DNA of 63,045 nucleotides, counting the filler, from Craspedostauros australis (taxonomy: Eukaryota): NCBI GenBank assembly GCA_030167865.1. It is 13 parts of 13 records of this genome, joined end to end, with 100 filler letters (N's around TTAATTAATTAA, not from the genome) between each part and the next. Parts side by side here need not be neighbours in the genome. Positions count along the whole stretch, not along the records: positions 58,794 to 61,941 come from JALAGF010000486.1; positions 62,042 to 63,045 come from JALAGF010000489.1; 11 more parts are not named here. One strand, written 5' to 3'. Below, one piece after another: positions 59,040-63,045 of this stretch (positions are counted from its first letter, which is position 1; each line of letters begins with the position of its first letter). The notes under the pieces were generated by a model, which worked only from the letters and a program-made list of their open reading frames with translations, ran no database searches and had not been told where the DNA came from. The position numbers and the translations under genes are program-made.

Positions 59040-61855
59040 GACTATGGAGGACACGAAGACGACGACAATGATCGACTTGTGAAGATGATCACAGTGAGTG
59101 ACTCATCCGGCGCGGAAGATCCCGTCGATCCACCAGCCTCCTGGCCACTCCGTTCGGTACCCGAGCAACTGATCAATCTCGCGGCATTCTCGCCGCAAGC
59201 ATACGCAGTATGCGATGGCGGTGCCCAATGTTGCGTCATCGGAAATAAGGACCAAGTCTGGAAGATCGACTATGTCTACCCACATCGGACGTACAACATC
59301 GTCAGTGCCATAGCAAGCACCATGAGGAAGAAAAACCTCACAGTGGTGGATGCGAGCATCAAGGCCAGGACAAAAGAAGGCAACGAAGTGATTCTTCAAG
59401 TCTACGAAGCCGTGTAACGCTGCTATCCGACCATCAAATCCGAGCCAGTGGGACCGTCCTCGATATGGTTTCGTCGGAACACCGAGCGTCTTTCTCCACA
59501 CCAGGCACAGGAAGACAATGCCTGATGCCTGACAAAGACACGACGATCAACTTGGAGATGTGGGACACGCTGATGACATTCGACGTTTTCCCTATCATGG
59601 AAGACGACGAGGGCCTACCCACCCATGACATCACGCCAAAGCAAGGATGGAACCCTTCGGATCATCAAGGAGGACACGTATGCAACGTGCCCATGGGATG
59701 TTACCTCACCCAGGACCCAAGTGGAGGAGAGAAGGCATTCGAATGGGATGGCCGACCTACCACTCGGCACGACGCCGGAATGCCGAGCTCGAGCGCCAGC
59801 AACGCAGAGACGAACCCCATGAAACCGCGAACACGTCGGGCCAAGACCGGTATCCCGGATGATACACCAGGGAATCGAAAACCCAGGGCTCCCGATACCC
59901 GCCACCTGGATGCGCATGACACAGGAAATCACAACTGCACAGGTCACGAGTACCCCAGGGTGGACACCTTCCTCGATTCCCTCAGCCTCGAGGAACTCAT
60001 CGGAATATCACATGCAATTGACACAGTGACGTTCGCTAAAACAGCCACCGACACGGCCATCTCGATCCAAGGAACCCTCTTTGACCTGGTAGACAATCTC
60101 TCTGCAGGGGACCTCGATCGCCTATACAATGAGTTGGGCATTGATCGCCAGGCCAACGCAGTCGGGACAAGGAAGAAGGGATACACCGGGTCAACCAAAG
60201 TATCACCGACAAAGGTACCAGACCCGGATGACGAGGCAGACAGCGCCATCTCATCGTTACACTCGGTAGGGTCCGAACCGGCATTCCAAAGGAATCAGGA
60301 GACATTCCGCATCCCCAGCGAGATCCGCTTGACCAAGGCAACATGCGCCGACGCCCTCCGGGGAAACCCACGGACACCTGAATATCATAGGCACACCAAG
60401 AGCGAGAGCCCTACCGACAATGACGGACCGGGAAAGGACAATCCCATGGACACCATAGACCGACACCCTGCGGAAGCTATGACCGAGTACAGCCATCAAG
60501 GATTCCCCTTTCGAGCTAAATGGAAGTCCATTGACCTCCACAAGATCCACCCGTACCTCGGGTATCTACCCACGCACGTGATCAAGCAAACCCTCGCCAG
60601 GACCACGCAACTCATGCGGGCAGTGATCACCTACCCCATGCGGAGGCACAAGAAGTCCAGATTCGAGTGGATGCAGCGACAACGAATCAGGGAGATTGTG
60701 GCGACAGATACCATATTCTCCAACGTCATGTCTTTCGGAGACGGGTACTCCATGGCACAAATCTTCTATGGAATATCCTCCCACATGATCAACGCATACG
60801 GCCTGAAGAAAAAGGAGGGGGTTTTCATTGCCTTCCAGGATTTCATCAGGACAGAGGGAGCACCATGGGCTTTCCACAGCGACAACGCGAGAGAACAGAC
60901 CGGAGAGAAGGTCCTCAAGCTTCTCAGGGACCTCCACATCAAGTCAAGATTGACGGAACCGCATAGCCAGCAACAGAACCCGGCCGAGCACAATGCCATC
61001 CTGTACATGAAGCGATGCGTCACGACGCTCATCGACCGGACAGGGGCACCGCCAAAGGCATGGTATCACACTTTCCGATACATGTGCTACGTGCACAACC
61101 ATACATCAGACCCGTCCCTACTCTATGCAATCCCGTACACTGTACGACACGGAGAGACTGTTGACATCTCTGCGCTCTTGACTTTCCAATTCTACGAGAA
61201 GGTCCTGTACCATGACCCCAACACCACCTTCCCGAACTCGAAGGAGAAATCAGGATACTGGCTCAGTGTGGCAGAGTCCCATGGGAATTTCCTCACCTAC
61301 CACGTGCTGGACGATGAATCCCGACGCGTGTTGGTACGGAGCGTGGTCCGCCCCTTCCGGAAAGGTGTACACAACAACAGGCGTGTCACCTTCGACCAAG
61401 ACATGGACCCCGAGGTGGACAACCCCAGCACACGGACCCCATTGGAACTGTCCGGTACCCCACAAGGGCGGAAAACCAGACCCTCACCGGAAAGAGAGTA
61501 CGCAGCAACGACCAAGACGACACACCCACGGGCATGGGAGAACAAGGCCAACAGGACGACACGACCCGCCGGGATCCTAGGCTCAGGGGAGGCACGGAAC
61601 ACAGGACCCGTCACCCGATCCCAAACGCTAACCAAGCGGGCAGCGAAGGCATCCACGATGCGCGCCACCGAGAAGGACAAACCGCGAACGAACCGCGATA
61701 CGCCAGACAGGGGAGACTCTGACCCAGGATCTTCGTACCTTCCATGTTCGTCGGGACCACCATCATACCAACGCATGGATGACGGCCCTGAAGAAAGGGG
61801 AGGGAATAAGAGGACCAAGCAAAACAAACGATCCGTTTTGTCTGCAGGCACCAGG
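59040..61855 (+). pseudogene. Diatom-type Copia protease - integrase fragment bracketed by LTR A and LTR B insertions
   Basis: AVCDGGAQCCVIG; LGYLPTHVIKQTLARTTQ, VATDTIFS, GAPWAFHSDNAREQ, TEPHSQQQNPAE, TVDISALLTFQFYEKV. Confidence 0.88.
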
Positions 61856-61941
61856 TGTCAACATCTAGATCGAAATTAGGTACTCATCTCCCATGACTGA
61901 AACGTGATTCACTATTTTTGATTCGACTCGATTTGAGAGTA
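61856..61941. mobile_element. LTR family B terminus (truncated by gap)
   Basis: TGTCAACATCTAGATCGAAATTAGG..., same as 12581. Confidence 0.75.
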
Positions 61942-62041
61942 NNNNNNNNNNNNNNNNNNNNNNNNNNNNNNNNNNNNNNNNNNNNTTAATTAATTAANNN
62001 NNNNNNNNNNNNNNNNNNNNNNNNNNNNNNNNNNNNNNNNN

Positions 62042-63045
62042 GATGACGGGTGAATAGTGCTCTTGGAAGTCCACTCCTGCGACTTGTGAATAGCCACATG
62101 CAACGAGCCGCGCTCGATGTGTGCCATCACGCTTCAGTTTGAAGACCCATTTGCACTTGCAGCATCTGCGGCCGCGTGGGATGGCGTCTCGTTTGATCTT
62201 GCTGTATACCTTTCGTGTATCCATGGAGTCGAACTCCTTCTTGATGGCTGCTCGATATCCCTTCCGATGGATAGGATCTGGGTGGTTGAAGGCTCCATCG
62301 AATGTTGTAGGTTCGATATGCTTCTCTGGTTCCTTGTTTTCGTCCTGCATCGACAATCCGATGTCGATCGCTGGTCTCTCGGTGATGATTGCATTCATTC
62401 CGTATAGTCCTGTTGTGCTATAGTGAGTGATCTCGATCTCTTCATCTTCGTCTTCGATTTCTTCGTCATCTGTGGTTTCGTTGTTGGAATCGTCGATCAT
62501 CTCGTCGCTGAGTTCGTCATTCGCCTCATTGGATGATGGATCGCTCTCATAGCCTTCTTCCTTTCGACCTCGTTCGTTGAAGTCTGCGAGCTCGCTCAGA
62601 GCTCTGGGAATACTCTTCCCTGTAGTTGATTTGGGATTAGTTTCTCCCTTCCTGCCTTGTGCTTCATGACGTCGCATCCTCTCCTTTCTAGCTATGTCAC
62701 GTTTGCTTGGCTTGCTCGGTGGAGGTCTGGATGGTGTGCCATGTGTAGACCTCGCTGGTGTGTTCGGAGGAGTGATGCCTGTGTCATCGTCGGCTTCATC
62801 GCCGGATGGTTGGATTTCGTCATCCTCATGATTGGATTCGCTCCGATCTTCCTCGTCATTCTGGATTAGTTGAGTCACTGCTCCGTTGTTCTCATTATCC
62901 TCATCATCGCTGTCTGATAGGATGTAGTATCTGTTGCTGTCAGCGAAAGATACTCTTTTCGCTTCCGATGTTTGACGCGTTGCCGTCCTTGGCGTTGCTC
63001 CCTTCCGTCCGATGGTTGTGAAGCCGTCTGCGTCTGTCGTTCCTG
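62042..63045 (-). mobile_element. Copia INT-RT linker and RT start, near-identical inverted copy of about 56078-57077
   Basis: Protein matches almost residue for residue (PPSKPSKRDIARKER...RARLVACGYSQVAGVDFQEHYSPVI). Confidence 0.93.

Overview
Eukaryotic genomic DNA, most likely a diatom or other stramenopile alga. The evidence is GT-AG introns, ASAF-type bipartite plastid-targeting presequences, diatom-type (CoDi-like) Copia elements and an Ambal-like non-LTR element. The window is about 13 contigs joined by N gaps carrying an artificial TTAATTAATTAA linker, so adjacency across gaps is unverified. One 31-kb contig (17168-48016) holds a gene-dense block: a secreted PT-repeat protein, Nup85, a plastid NEET/CDGSH protein, a kynurenine-aminotransferase-like enzyme, Rpp30, a small spliced CDC26 missed by the ORF track, a plastid membrane protein, nucleoredoxin, a degenerate MBL-fold protein, a mitochondrial-carrier-family protein, a PILS-like transporter, a small ORF and an ankyrin-coiled-coil-BTB gene. 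The flanks are nested retroelements: an intact APE-RT-RNase H non-LTR ORF, about eight Copia pieces and recurrent LTR families. The best leads are a chromodomain-like segment between integrase and RT of a Copia, the ANK-CC-BTB gene with DARPin-like variable repeats head-to-head with an LTR, a CpG-deamination signature, a solo-LTR family with unmatched flanks, a 149-bp hairpin and an orphan transposase-like ORF. All family assignments come from motif recognition by eye; no searches were run, and none of these leads can be confirmed as a new system from sequence alone.
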